From Spirochaetota bacterium (GTDB lineage: Bacteria > Spirochaetota > UBA4802 > UBA5550), in the NCBI GenBank assembly GCA_963664815.2, contig CAXXHB010000003.1, forward strand, positions 224,001 to 288,000: DNA of 64,000 nt, in the 5' to 3' direction. The position numbers and the translations under genes were made by a program. A model generated the notes under the pieces. That model did not search any database. It saw only the letters and a program-made list of their open reading frames with translations, and had not been told where the DNA came from. Shown here one piece after another: positions 30,156 to 40,685 of the stretch (position 1 is its first letter; every line of letters starts with the position of its first letter).

Positions 30156-31780
30156 ATTTTTTTTATGCATATAAGCGTGATATCGTCATTTTGTGGCCGA
30201 TATCCATTGAATTCATAAAAGTCACCCAGACTGTGATGAACAATTTCAGTTGAAGTCATACCCCCTGTGTTTTTAAGGCTGTCTATAACCCTGTTTAAAC
30301 CGTACATATTCATGTAATCCTGCGATTGTTCTTCGATAAGTCCGTCTGTATAAAGAAAAAGCATGTCACCCTGGTCCATATTAATAATCTCATCTTTATA
30401 GACCTCATTTTCAAAAAGCCCTATTACCGGGTTCCTGCTTTTTGTTACCGATATCTCCGCACCGTTTTTTTTCCGCATTATAGCTTCGGGATGACCGGCA
30501 GAGAGGAATATGATAGTATTTGAATCGAAATATATCTGTACAATCTGGGCTGTACAGTAAAAACGTAGTTCTCTCAGATCAACAGCAAGCTGAGCATTTA
30601 TCTCTTTTACTATTTCTGAGGGCTTTTTACCCGGAGCTGATTTCTCTCTGAACATTGTGCGGATCTGGTTGCCAACATAGGAAGACGATATTCCGTGGCC
30701 TGAAACATCGCATAAAACAATCTGGTAGAGGTCATCATCCAGAAAAAAACCGTCAAAAAAATCACCAGAAAGCTCCTGGGCGGGCATAAAAGCAAATGCC
30801 GTGTCATATCCCTGTACAAGCTTGAAATCCGGGAGTTTGGATACCTCCAGTTTTCTTATTATATCTATCTCCTTTTTGTATTCATCATTTTTACGTGAGA
30901 GTTCACCCTGTGATGAAATCCTTTCATTGAGGAGATTTGTATAATCAAGATAAAGAGATATGATCTCCTTGTCATTCTGGGAATAGGGGTCCGAACGCTG
31001 AAGGAGAATATACCCGTAAATATCATTATTATATATTACTGAGAATAAAGCATTGTAAATATCATGGGCGCTTTTTTTAATTTTAAAGTATTTAATGTCA
31101 TTTTTTATATTATTAAAAACACTCGGTTCTTTTTCGATATCTTTAAAAACGATTATCGGTATATTTTTTGTAATTTTCTTCTGCATTATGCTGAGAGGAA
31201 TTCCGCTTTTAACCTTAACTATTTCAATATATGTCAGGTCTATCATTGACAGCAGTATATCCGCATTTCTCAGGGTCTCTTCTTTATCCCTGGCCATAAT
31301 TCCATTTTTAACGAAGTTACTCAGTTTATATAACTGAACATTGTGATCAAGCTGCGTCTGGTAGGCGTTGCGGAGATTATCCCTTACTTTGATTATATCC
31401 CCTATTATGTGAATTTTTGAGACGAGTTCATATTGAATGAATGGCTTACGTATATACTCATCAGCCCCCGATGAGTATGCTTTTTCTATTGTTTCCTTGT
31501 CTGTCCTTGATGTTAGTATTATAAAAAAAGAGTCTCTTAAGCTGGAGTTCTGTTTCAGCTCGCTGCACAGGTCTATCCCGTTGCCATCCGGAAGTGTTAC
31601 ATCAAGAAGAAAAATATCAGGAATGTTGTTGTTCAGAAGCTGGAAGAATTCCTGCTTATTTCCGGCAATAAACAACTCCCCGTGATCTTTAAGAGTTATC
31701 TTAATATATTCCCGGGATACAGGGTCATCATCAAGTGCAAGTATTTTCAGGTTTTTACTATAAATAGAATTCATTGGCAA
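30152..31780 (-). CDS. REC-SpoIIE/PP2C (RsbU-like) serine phosphatase
   Basis: Receiver ALDDD/LLDVTLP/IRKPF; PP2C motifs SGDFFD, CDVSGHG, YTDGLIE, NDDITL. Confidence 0.92.
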   Translation of the reverse strand: MPMNSIYSKNLKILALDDDPVSREYIKITLKDHGELFIAGNKQEFFQLLNNNIPDIFLLDVTLPDGNGIDLCSELKQNSSLRDSFFIILTSRTDKETIEKAYSSGADEYIRKPFIQYELVSKIHIIGDIIKVRDNLRNAYQTQLDHNVQLYKLSNFVKNGIMARDKEETLRNADILLSMIDLTYIEIVKVKSGIPLSIMQKKITKNIPIIVFKDIEKEPSVFNNIKNDIKYFKIKKSAHDIYNALFSVIYNNDIYGYILLQRSDPYSQNDKEIISLYLDYTNLLNERISSQGELSRKNDEYKKEIDIIRKLEVSKLPDFKLVQGYDTAFAFMPAQELSGDFFDGFFLDDDLYQIVLCDVSGHGISSSYVGNQIRTMFREKSAPGKKPSEIVKEINAQLAVDLRELRFYCTAQIVQIYFDSNTIIFLSAGHPEAIMRKKNGAEISVTKSRNPVIGLFENEVYKDEIINMDQGDMLFLYTDGLIEEQSQDYMNMYGLNRVIDSLKNTGGMTSTEIVHHSLGDFYEFNGYRPQNDDITLICIKKI

Positions 31781-32056
31781 TATAGCTGCAATTATAATAT
31801 ATTAAAATTCAGGTAATAAAACTATAATAAATAAATATTGTTTTTACAAACTTTATTTCTGTCAGTTATAAAAATATAACAACATATACTAAATAGATCG
31901 GCTATAGGCCGGATAAAGAAGATTTAAAAAAAACAGATTATATTTGTTAAAAATTAAAAAAAATTTCCGGAAATAGTAAATTATTGACAGGGAAGAGATT
32001 TTATTAGAGTTAAATATATGTTTATTCTGTCTTCTCCGGGGATAACCGGAGATTAT

Positions 32057-32281
32057 TTGAAGAGACTACCGGCTGTCTTGTTATTATTATATTAATCTTT
32101 CAGTTCTTCCATTGATGGCGCTATATCTGGAAAAATCGGAGAGGTGAATAAACTTACTTGTGAAATTGTTGTCAATAACGAAAACAGCGTAAGGCGGACA
32201 GAAAAGAGAGATAGTTACTCGATTGAAAAATATAATATTATTTCCGGCAGCTATACACTGAAAGGAGAAAAGCTTCAGTAA
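32057..32281 (+). pseudogene. Possible decayed secreted-protein gene
   Basis: GGAG then TTG start; reads MKRLPAVLLLLY*SFSSSIDGAISGKIGEVNKLTCEIVV..., with an in-frame TAA at 32093 inside a signal-peptide-like stretch. Confidence 0.3.
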
Positions 32282-32403
32282 ACTAAGAAGGTGAAAAAGA
32301 GTATTCAATTGAGAAGGTCAGGCCGGAGTCCGTTAATTAGTTTGACAGATTGAAATTCACTATTAACCTGTGCGGAGTTTTATTAAAGGGGCATAAACAC
32401 TAA

Positions 32404-34296
32404 ATGAAAAAAATAATCACCTTGTTGCTGGCAGTATTCTTCCTGTACTTCAGTGTAAGTCTATATGCTGAAAAAGTTACAGATACAGAAGGATCAACTT
32501 TATACAGTGAGGCTCTATATCTGAAAAACCTCGCGCTTCAGAGTAAAAATGATGAAGAGAAAAACAGCTGTCTCGATAAGGCCATAGAGAAGCTTGAAAA
32601 AGCCAAAGATTCGGGAGAAGCTTTAGGGAGAGTATATTATCAGTTTTCAGAAATTTATTCTTTAAAAGGGGACGCACCTGCTTCTGAAAAATATGCAAAG
32701 ACAGCAATTGAAAAAGAGAATAATTATTTCCCGCCGTATAACAAGCTTTATGGTATAATGATGAGCCGGAAAGAGTACAAGGAAGCTGCTGCTCTTATCG
32801 AAAAGTATCTTGAGGCTGATCCTGATGAGCCATATGCTCTTTATCTGCTCGGCGTTCATTATTATAAATATCTGAATAATCCGGATAAATCACTTACTTT
32901 TTTCGAGAGGGAGATTCTTGTATCAAAGAGCAAAGATGTGGCATCGTACTATCTTGAAAACTCATATTATAATATTGGATATATCTTTTATTCCAAAAAT
33001 GATAATATAAAGGCTTTCGCATATTTCAGCAAAGCATGGAGTATAAATGATACAAATAAAAATACTGCTTACATGCTTGCTCTTTCAGCATTCGGATACT
33101 ACAATTTTCCCGTAGCTGAAAAATATTCAACTATATATCTTAAAACGTCACCCGGTGATGTAAATATGGAATATCTTCTTGGAAGCGTGTATTATATTAA
33201 TGGAAATGATAAAGCCCTGGAATATCTCTCCAGAGTCAAACGGTCAAAGAGCTTTGAAGGACTTGTTGCGATGGGTTTATACTATGAACTTACAGGGGAG
33301 TATTCAAAAGCTGAAAATATAATAAATTCGGTTCTTAAGTACAGAGAGGATCTCATTACCCCCTATATTGCTGCTGCGCGGATTAAACTTAAAGGGAAAG
33401 ATAAGGAGGATGCATATAAGGCTCTTGTTTCAGCAGGGACTATCTGTTTCAGAAATAATGCATTCAACGCCGCGGAGAGCCTTTTCTATAAAGCCCTTCA
33501 GCTTAAGAGTGATGATAATGGTGATATATATTATTTTTTAGCCAGGACCCATGAAGAAAACAGAAACTACTCAATGGCTATCAGCTACTATAATAAATAT
33601 TTTAATTATACAAAAGAGAGTAATATACTTGTACACATTGGGTATATTTATGGAACACAGAATAAATTCAGCAGGGCATATGATTATTTTCTTAAGGCTG
33701 TTAAGAGTGATCCTGAAAATCCCGGAGCATATTTCTTCTGGGGGCTTGTACAGATTTGGGAAGGGAAAAACAGTGCAGCCAGGGATAATATTCTGAGGGC
33801 AATATCAATAAAGAATGATGAAGAAACTTATTACTTTTATCTTGCTGTCGCTTACGAGAAGCTTACGGATGTTGATAAATCTATAGAGAACTTGAAGCTT
33901 GCAATTAATTACAACAAAAACAGCGGAAGATCATACAACTATCTCGGGTACATTTATGCAGACAGGAACACGAACATTGATGAAGCGTTAACTCTTGTAC
34001 AGAAGGCTCTTGAACTGGAACCGGAGAATGGCGCATATCTTGATTCGCTTGGGTGGATCTATTACAGAAAAGGGGACTTTGTTTCCGCTTTGAAAAATCT
34101 TCTTACTGCCGAGGAGAAACTGGATGAAACAGAAAATCCTGATTATGTGGTATACGATCATCTTGGTGATACATATCTGAAACTTGACAATAAAGCTAAA
34201 GCGGTATTTTACTGGGAGAAGGCTCTTAAGCTGGAGAAGAACATCACGATTGAAAAAAAAATAGAAATGAACAGGGAACAGAAAAATGGTAAATAG
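32404..34296 (+). CDS. Secreted tetratricopeptide repeat protein
   Basis: Signal peptide, many TPRs, C-terminal NYLGYIYAD...AYLDSLGWIYY...YDHLGD. Confidence 0.9.
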   Translation: MKKIITLLLAVFFLYFSVSLYAEKVTDTEGSTLYSEALYLKNLALQSKNDEEKNSCLDKAIEKLEKAKDSGEALGRVYYQFSEIYSLKGDAPASEKYAKTAIEKENNYFPPYNKLYGIMMSRKEYKEAAALIEKYLEADPDEPYALYLLGVHYYKYLNNPDKSLTFFEREILVSKSKDVASYYLENSYYNIGYIFYSKNDNIKAFAYFSKAWSINDTNKNTAYMLALSAFGYYNFPVAEKYSTIYLKTSPGDVNMEYLLGSVYYINGNDKALEYLSRVKRSKSFEGLVAMGLYYELTGEYSKAENIINSVLKYREDLITPYIAAARIKLKGKDKEDAYKALVSAGTICFRNNAFNAAESLFYKALQLKSDDNGDIYYFLARTHEENRNYSMAISYYNKYFNYTKESNILVHIGYIYGTQNKFSRAYDYFLKAVKSDPENPGAYFFWGLVQIWEGKNSAARDNILRAISIKNDEETYYFYLAVAYEKLTDVDKSIENLKLAINYNKNSGRSYNYLGYIYADRNTNIDEALTLVQKALELEPENGAYLDSLGWIYYRKGDFVSALKNLLTAEEKLDETENPDYVVYDHLGDTYLKLDNKAKAVFYWEKALKLEKNITIEKKIEMNREQKNGK

Positions 34297-35074
34297 ATTT
34301 CTTCTAATTATTTTTTTTATAATTTTTATTTCATCATGCTCTTCAGTTCAGAAATCCGAACTGAATGAGGCGGAAAATCTGAAAGCAAAGAAGTACCTTG
34401 CACTTGTCAGTGAAATCAGCAATTCCTCCCCGGGAACAATATCATCATCATTTACTGCTGACGGTAATAACGGGGAAAAAAAATTCCGTGTGGAGGGTAA
34501 AATTGCTTTTGATAAACGAGGATACTATAAAATTATAATTTCTGATTATGTTTTTCAAAGTCCGGTAGTGGAAGCTTACAGGGATCTCGACCTTTTATAT
34601 TTTTATTACCCTGCTGAGAAACAACTTCTGATTGATGATGTAAAAAAAATTGATCTTTCTTCCTATACGGGTTTCAAAGCGGATTATAAAATGATATATA
34701 CACTTTTTACAGGTGGAATTCCTCTTCTTGAAAAATATAAGATATATAAATTCCTTTATGATGAAAAGGAGAAGGGATACTATCTGATTGTTGAAAATGA
34801 TGATTATTATGAAAATATCTTTTTCAGAGAAGAAATTCCGGAAAAGATTCTCTTTATTCATAAACTGAGCAGGGATAAGGCTGAAATATATTTAAAATCG
34901 GAAATAAAAAACGGTAAAAGTATTTTCTTTAAGAGTTATAAAATTGTCATCCCCTCTGCCAACACAGGAATTAATATCAGTTTTGTAAAACCTGTTCTGA
35001 ATTCTGCTGTGACAGTTGATAAACTTAACAGAGAAAAATTGTCGAAAAAAACCGGAATTATTAAAATAAACTGA
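34286..35074 (+). CDS. Lipoprotein, possibly LolB/DUF4292-like
   Basis: Lipobox ISSC, beta-rich composition, start overlaps the TPR gene. Confidence 0.65.
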   Translation: MVNRFLLIIFFIIFISSCSSVQKSELNEAENLKAKKYLALVSEISNSSPGTISSSFTADGNNGEKKFRVEGKIAFDKRGYYKIIISDYVFQSPVVEAYRDLDLLYFYYPAEKQLLIDDVKKIDLSSYTGFKADYKMIYTLFTGGIPLLEKYKIYKFLYDEKEKGYYLIVENDDYYENIFFREEIPEKILFIHKLSRDKAEIYLKSEIKNGKSIFFKSYKIVIPSANTGINISFVKPVLNSAVTVDKLNREKLSKKTGIIKIN

Positions 35075-35087
35075 AGAGACGCGGCTT

Positions 35088-37406
35088 TCAGCCGCATCTT
35101 GAAAAACCGCATCCCCGGCAGACCGAGCATCCGGACTCAAATTCCATCGGGCCATGACAATCAGGGCATACGCCTGTAACCATACTGTCGTGGCTTTTGC
35201 CATTTGTTTCTGCAATAAACTTAGCCCTGTCTGCAAGCTGGTTTTCACTCTTGGCGTTTTCTATACCGGCATATCTTTCAATAGCCTTCGCAATCGCATC
35301 TGAACAGGAATAAATTCGTCCTCCTTTTTCCCATGACTGATTGGGGCACCGGACGCCTTTAAGCTGTTTAATTATCTGTTCTTTATCCACGCCGGCCCTC
35401 ATGGCGAGTGAAACCAGCCGTCCTATTGCTTCAGTCTGGCTTGATGCACATCCGCCCCCTTTACCCATTGCTGCAAAAACTTCGAATATACCCTGCTCAT
35501 CTTCGTTTATTGTAACATAAAGCGAACCGCATCCTGTATTCATTTTTCTTGTTGCGCCCCATGTTACTTCATGTCTTGGGCGTGGTGCAAGAGCCCTGAA
35601 TATCTCAACAGGCTTTTTATTCTCATTGTTCTCATTTTGTGAAGATATCTGAAGCACCTGATTGTCTCTTGAACCGTCGCGGTAAACAGTTACACCCTTG
35701 CAGTCAAGTTCATATGCCATATCATATACCTGACGTATGTTTTCAACAGAGGCGCTGTTGGGAAAATTCACAGTTTTGGAAACGGCGTTATCGACATATT
35801 TCTGGAAGACTGCCTGTGTTTTTATATGCCATTCAGGCCGGATATCATGTGCTGTTACGAATATTTTTTTAATATTTGCAGGGAGTTCATCTATGTTGTG
35901 GGCGGATCCTTCGTCAGCGATTCTTTCCATTATCGCATTGAAGTTTATTTTTTCCCCCAGGTCCTTAACCGCATCGACAAATGCGGGATTAGATTCAATG
36001 AGTCTGTTGTTATCCATTACGTTACGGACATAAGCCAGTGCGAAGAGAGGTTCAATTCCGCTTGATGAGTCTGCTATAATACTTATAGTACCGGTTGGAG
36101 CGATTGTTGTCGTAGTCGCATTACGAAGTGGTTTATTTCCCCGTTCCGCATAGTCCGAAAGGGGAAAGTTCGGGAATGCCCCGCGCTTCTCTGCAAGTTT
36201 TTCCGACATTCTTTTGGACTCATTCTGTATTGTGGACATTATCTTCTCGGCTGTTTCTACTCCTTCGCTGGAATCGTATGGAATTCCAAGTTTTATCAGG
36301 ACATCTGCGTAACCCATAATTCCGAGGCCGATTTTTCTGTTTGCTTTAGTTTTTTCTTCTATCTCTTTCAGCGGATAAGAATTCATGTCTATGACATTAT
36401 CAAGGAAGTGTACTGCGTCGCGGGTAATTTCTTTCAACAGGGTAAAATCGATCTCTGTTTTGCCTTCTGTCTGTTTTAAAGTTTTATTTAAATTTATTGA
36501 TCCGAGATTACATGATTCATATGGGAGGAGAGGCTGTTCACCGCACGGGTTTGTGCTTTCAATTAGGCCGACTTTTTTCAGCGGATTATGCCTGTTTATT
36601 CTGTCAATAAATACAATTCCCGGTTCCCCGTTTTTCCATGCCATCTCGGTAATAAGATCATATACTTTTTTTGCATTCAGGCTCCCGCAGGTTTCTCCTG
36701 TACGCGGATTTTTTAGATCGTAATCTTCATTGTCTTTTACTGCGCTCATGAAGCTGTCTGACAATGCCACGGATATATTGAAATTTGTCAGAGATGAAAG
36801 ATCTGATTTGGCCTGTATAAAATCCATGATGTCAGGATGATCAATGTTGAGAATGGCCATATTTGCACCGCGTCGCGTTCCACCCTGCTTTACGGTTTCT
36901 GTCGCCGAATTAAAAATATTCATGAATGAAACAGGTCCGCTCGAAACTCCGGCGGTGCTGCTTACCATATCGTTTTTCGGTCTCAATTTTGAAAAAGAAA
37001 AACCTGTTCCTCCCCCGCTTTTATGGATGAGTGCCATGTTTTTGAGAGAATCAAATATATCTTCCATGGAATCCTCAACCGGAAGGACAAAACAGGCGGA
37101 GAGCTGTCCAAGCGGCCGGCCGGCATTCATCAGCGTGGGGCTGTTCGGCATAAATTTTAATTCAGCCATGAGTTCATAGAATTTTGATGCTGTTTTACCT
37201 GTTTCAGTTTCATCTGATCCATATAATGTATCTGCATATGCGACAAAACCGGCTACTCTTTTAAATAATTCTTCCGGTGTTTCTATTATATCGCCATTAC
37301 TGTTGCGCATAAGATATCTTCTTTCTAGAACCGTGACTGAGTTTTTTGAAAGTACAGGTTTTATTGCTGAATTTATTTTTACAGGGTTTTGAATGATACT
37401 GTTCAT
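35088..37406 (-). CDS. nrdJ: Class II (adenosylcobalamin-dependent) ribonucleotide reductase
   Basis: PNSPTLMNAG, LSACF, NPCGEQPL, CNLGSINL, TIAPTGTIS, KGVTVYRDG; TSCPD-like C-terminus (SCSDAI) and a CPDC...CRGCGFSRC zinc ribbon; no beta-subunit gene adjacent. Confidence 0.93.
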   Translation of the reverse strand: MNSIIQNPVKINSAIKPVLSKNSVTVLERRYLMRNSNGDIIETPEELFKRVAGFVAYADTLYGSDETETGKTASKFYELMAELKFMPNSPTLMNAGRPLGQLSACFVLPVEDSMEDIFDSLKNMALIHKSGGGTGFSFSKLRPKNDMVSSTAGVSSGPVSFMNIFNSATETVKQGGTRRGANMAILNIDHPDIMDFIQAKSDLSSLTNFNISVALSDSFMSAVKDNEDYDLKNPRTGETCGSLNAKKVYDLITEMAWKNGEPGIVFIDRINRHNPLKKVGLIESTNPCGEQPLLPYESCNLGSINLNKTLKQTEGKTEIDFTLLKEITRDAVHFLDNVIDMNSYPLKEIEEKTKANRKIGLGIMGYADVLIKLGIPYDSSEGVETAEKIMSTIQNESKRMSEKLAEKRGAFPNFPLSDYAERGNKPLRNATTTTIAPTGTISIIADSSSGIEPLFALAYVRNVMDNNRLIESNPAFVDAVKDLGEKINFNAIMERIADEGSAHNIDELPANIKKIFVTAHDIRPEWHIKTQAVFQKYVDNAVSKTVNFPNSASVENIRQVYDMAYELDCKGVTVYRDGSRDNQVLQISSQNENNENKKPVEIFRALAPRPRHEVTWGATRKMNTGCGSLYVTINEDEQGIFEVFAAMGKGGGCASSQTEAIGRLVSLAMRAGVDKEQIIKQLKGVRCPNQSWEKGGRIYSCSDAIAKAIERYAGIENAKSENQLADRAKFIAETNGKSHDSMVTGVCPDCHGPMEFESGCSVCRGCGFSRCG

Positions 37407-37540
37407 ATTTTTCCTCTATTTATTATTAATATGTAATTGTTTCGTGTTTTTAGTTGATTCTGTTTTACTAAATATTTTGTTTTTTACAGCCTAAGGTCGC
37501 ATTATGCCCATTGTTGTCCCGGATTATTGATAAACCTTTC

Positions 37541-38317
37541 TTATACCACTTTCTGTCCTGTTGATTGTATTTCAATATTAAACCAGGATTTGTTAATTTC
37601 TCCGGCATGGATTTTAAGATCAAACAGTATTTTGAAACCTATCCATACAAAAATAAAAACAGCGCTTCTGAATCCTGAAATAAAGAGTGTAATGGCACCG
37701 AATATGATAGTAAGATGCATTACTACAATACGCTTATATGGCCTCATCATATAGTTTTCAGGCTTAATATAATTGTATTCTCTTGTTCTGATGAAATAAA
37801 GATAAAATGAGACAAAATGACTTAAAATAAGCGCAATAATCGCAGAAAATTCCGATTCAAGTATGTCGGTTGGTGTAAAATTTTTCGGAATAAAGCCGCT
37901 AAAGGCTGACAAAAAAGCAGTAGATCCTCCAGCTGACTTTGCATTCTTTGCCAGTGACAGGAACATGAAAATAACAATAAATATACCATGTACAAGCATA
38001 AACATACCGTAATGAACGATAAAAAAAGCACATAAACCAGCTGTTTTATTAAAATCCGACATGGAAAATTTACCATTATCAATCAGACCACTGATAAACA
38101 TTTTCAACAGGTTGAATATGCCGATTATCAGGCTTTCACCCCAGTAAATCAACAACAGAGTGTATGGATTCCATCCTGAAATAACCACTCCGATTATCGG
38201 GATAGAATTTGCCACTACAATAAATAAAACCGAAATGAAACCTTTCCGGTTGGATGGTTTGAAAAATGGAAGCAACTCATCCATAAATGACAAAATTAAA
38301 GATAATATTCTATTCAT
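37541..38317 (-). CDS. DUF6498-like integral membrane protein
   Basis: YWGESLIIG, FFIVHYGMFMLVHG, PYKRIVVMHLTIIFG. Start refined to 38317 from the promoter position (the ORF track starts at 38377). Confidence 0.75.
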   Translation of the reverse strand: MNRILSLILSFMDELLPFFKPSNRKGFISVLFIVVANSIPIIGVVISGWNPYTLLLIYWGESLIIGIFNLLKMFISGLIDNGKFSMSDFNKTAGLCAFFIVHYGMFMLVHGIFIVIFMFLSLAKNAKSAGGSTAFLSAFSGFIPKNFTPTDILESEFSAIIALILSHFVSFYLYFIRTREYNYIKPENYMMRPYKRIVVMHLTIIFGAITLFISGFRSAVFIFVWIGFKILFDLKIHAGEINKSWFNIEIQSTGQKVV

Positions 38318-38324
38318 GGTTATT

Positions 38325-38352
38325 ATTATGTCACATTGCATTTTAGTGTCAA
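38325..38352 (-). promoter_or_regulatory. Putative sigma70 promoter, probably yielding a leaderless mRNA
   Basis: TTGACA-16 nt-CATAAT ending 7 nt before ATG 38317; back-to-back with TTGACA-16-TATCTT at 38371 on the plus strand. Confidence 0.55.
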
Positions 38353-38431
38353 TATTTTTATAGTGGTTTGTTGACATTTAAGTTTTAGTAGATATCTTTA
38401 TTGGATATATGTTAAAAGAGGATTTATAAAT

Positions 38432-38959
38432 ATGGAATTGACAGCCAGACAGAATCTGGAGAGAAGAGGGGCATTTTTCTTTCTTATTGCTTATGGGCTT
38501 CTTTTTATAATTTCATTTTTACTTCAGTTAGCAACAAAACTGCCTTTTGCACAAATAGTTCCCGGTATTGTTGTAAATTCATTTAACATGATTATGGCAT
38601 TTATAATTTTCAGTAAAAAAAAGAGAGGTAAAAAATCAGATATTCTTCCATGGATTATAGGATTTATCAGTGTATGTGCCCCTATGATGGTAAAATTCAA
38701 CTATGCTGTGCACGAAGGGTGGGCCTTTGCCGTTCAGTCAACTAATACATCAATTATGATGGCCGGGTATGCTGTAATGCTTTATCTGTTTTATCAGCCT
38801 AATCTCTACTGGTTTTATTCGGTTCTTTCCATTATAAACTGGGTTTTATTCCTGTACATTGCATATCGTCAATGTGCGGAGATACATTTTGTCGCGCATA
38901 TAAACGGTGTTCCTGTTACCTCCGGGCTTATATTGATGAGAGAAATTTTTCTGATTTAA
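38432..38959 (+). CDS. Stand-alone or truncated copy of the membrane sensor domain of the downstream MCP
   Basis: Colinear with the N-terminal ~175 aa of 39028..40608 (ELTARQx[25 protein letters not shown]) but stops before the signalling domain. Confidence 0.7.
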   Translation: MELTARQNLERRGAFFFLIAYGLLFIISFLLQLATKLPFAQIVPGIVVNSFNMIMAFIIFSKKKRGKKSDILPWIIGFISVCAPMMVKFNYAVHEGWAFAVQSTNTSIMMAGYAVMLYLFYQPNLYWFYSVLSIINWVLFLYIAYRQCAEIHFVAHINGVPVTSGLILMREIFLI

Positions 38960-39027
38960 CATGGCAGTCATGCCGATAATTAAATAGAAAGCAGTATAAG
39001 AATTTATTCTGGATTCAAAGAGGACTT

Positions 39028-40608
39028 ATGAGTATAGAACTGACAGCACGGCAACACCTCGAGAAAAGGGGTGTATTTTTTTTCATGATAGCATTTGGAC
39101 TTCTTTTTATCTTTTCACTTATTTTGCAGATAGCTTCAGGGCTCCCTGTCTCTCAGGTAGTTCCCAGTATCATTATAAATCTGTTTAACATGTTTCTTGC
39201 TTTTATCGTATATAATAAAAAACGGAAAGGGGAGAAATCTAATATAATCCCATGGATTCTCGGATTTATAACAGTAACGGTACCAGTCTTTGTAAAGTAT
39301 ACATATGTTCTTCACGATGGATGGACTTTCGCAGTTCAATCGGCGAGTTCTTCTGTCCTGATGATCTGTTTTGCAGTTATGCTTTATCTCTTTTACCAGC
39401 CGAATCTGTATAAGTTTTTTGCATTTTATTCAATTGGAAACTGGATTTTATTTTTGTATCTGGCGTATAAAAATGGTGCGGAACTTTATTTTGTCACGCA
39501 TATAAACGGTGTTCCTGTTACCTCCGGGCTTATAATCTCGAGGGAGATTTATATGATAATGACAATGTCAATAGTTCTTCTTGTAGCGTACAGAAACATA
39601 CCGGATATAACAAAGTACGAGGAACAGATTGAGAAGCAGACTGACCAGATAAAGAAACAGGCAATTGCACAAAGGGCAATGACAGAGATTATAAAGGAGA
39701 AAATGAATATACTTTTTAAGAAAGTGGACGGGCAGCATGAACTTATCAACAGATTTAACCTGAAGCTTGAGACTCAGGCGTCGAGTTTTTCGGAGATGTC
39801 GGCAACAATGGAAGAGCTTGCCGGTTCAGCGGAACAGATAGCAACGGAATCGATAACGCAGGTTGACGGTAATGTGAGGATGGAATCGATAGTTGATGAA
39901 TTCAAGAATATTCAGGTGGAGACCAAGCAGAACCTTTCAGAAACGTATGCCGATATTCAGTCAGTCTCGGATAAGAGTACTGTTGCGAATGAGCAGCTGA
40001 TGGAAGTTGAGAAAACTGTTGTGGCAATAAAGGAGCAGAGCGGACGTATAGGAGACACTGTAAACCTTATCGTAGATATAGCGGACAAGATAAACCTTCT
40101 GTCGCTGAATGCATCGATTGAGGCTGCCCGCGCCGGCGAGGCTGGCCGGGGATTTGCCGTTGTTGCAGACGAGATAGGTAAGCTTGCATTTCAGACTCAG
40201 GAGAGCATAAAGGAGATAAACAGCGTACTCTCTGTCAGTTCAAAGAACACAGTGGATGGAGTTGCGGTAATTCAGCAGACAGCAGAGATGATGCGCCAGA
40301 TGATAGCGCATATGGGGCAGGGTGCTCATAAGATACAGCTTCTCCAGGAGAGTATTTTTATAGAGGAGAAGTACATCAAGATAATAATAGGGCAGATGAA
40401 CGACAATATATCGCTGGCGAAGAAAATCGGTACTGCAACAGATGAACAGAAGGTCGCTGTTGAATCGACATCGCAGGCGCTTGAGGATCTGATTGTAATA
40501 CTGAATGAAATGGTTTCAGAGATGAAAGAGCTGACAAAGGTTGCGCATGAGATTCATGAAAATGCGGTTGATGTAATGGTTGATACGGAAAAAGCCGTTA
40601 AGGCATAG
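39028..40608 (+). CDS. Methyl-accepting chemotaxis protein with a multi-TM sensor
   Basis: [33 protein letters not shown]; 5-6 N-terminal TM helices. Confidence 0.92.
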   Translation: MSIELTARQHLEKRGVFFFMIAFGLLFIFSLILQIASGLPVSQVVPSIIINLFNMFLAFIVYNKKRKGEKSNIIPWILGFITVTVPVFVKYTYVLHDGWTFAVQSASSSVLMICFAVMLYLFYQPNLYKFFAFYSIGNWILFLYLAYKNGAELYFVTHINGVPVTSGLIISREIYMIMTMSIVLLVAYRNIPDITKYEEQIEKQTDQIKKQAIAQRAMTEIIKEKMNILFKKVDGQHELINRFNLKLETQASSFSEMSATMEELAGSAEQIATESITQVDGNVRMESIVDEFKNIQVETKQNLSETYADIQSVSDKSTVANEQLMEVEKTVVAIKEQSGRIGDTVNLIVDIADKINLLSLNASIEAARAGEAGRGFAVVADEIGKLAFQTQESIKEINSVLSVSSKNTVDGVAVIQQTAEMMRQMIAHMGQGAHKIQLLQESIFIEEKYIKIIIGQMNDNISLAKKIGTATDEQKVAVESTSQALEDLIVILNEMVSEMKELTKVAHEIHENAVDVMVDTEKAVKA

Positions 40609-40651
40609 TTGATTTTTATTTAGTGATAGTTCAGATTGAACTGAAGAATAA

Positions 40652-40678
40652 AAACGCCCTTCAATCTTGAGGGCGTTT
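40652..40678. terminator. Bidirectional intrinsic terminator
   Basis: AAACGCCC(T)TCAA-TC-TTGAGGGCGTTT between convergent genes. Confidence 0.75.
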
Positions 40679-40685
40679 CATGTAT

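Noticed and set aside
35088-37406. Intein or intron in nrdJ
   Set aside because: Length and motif spacing are normal; no splice-junction or homing-endonuclease motifs.
37407-37560. NrdR boxes or a cobalamin riboswitch upstream of nrdJ
   Set aside because: Only weak partial matches with atypical spacing; the spacer is short, AT-rich and has no B12 box.
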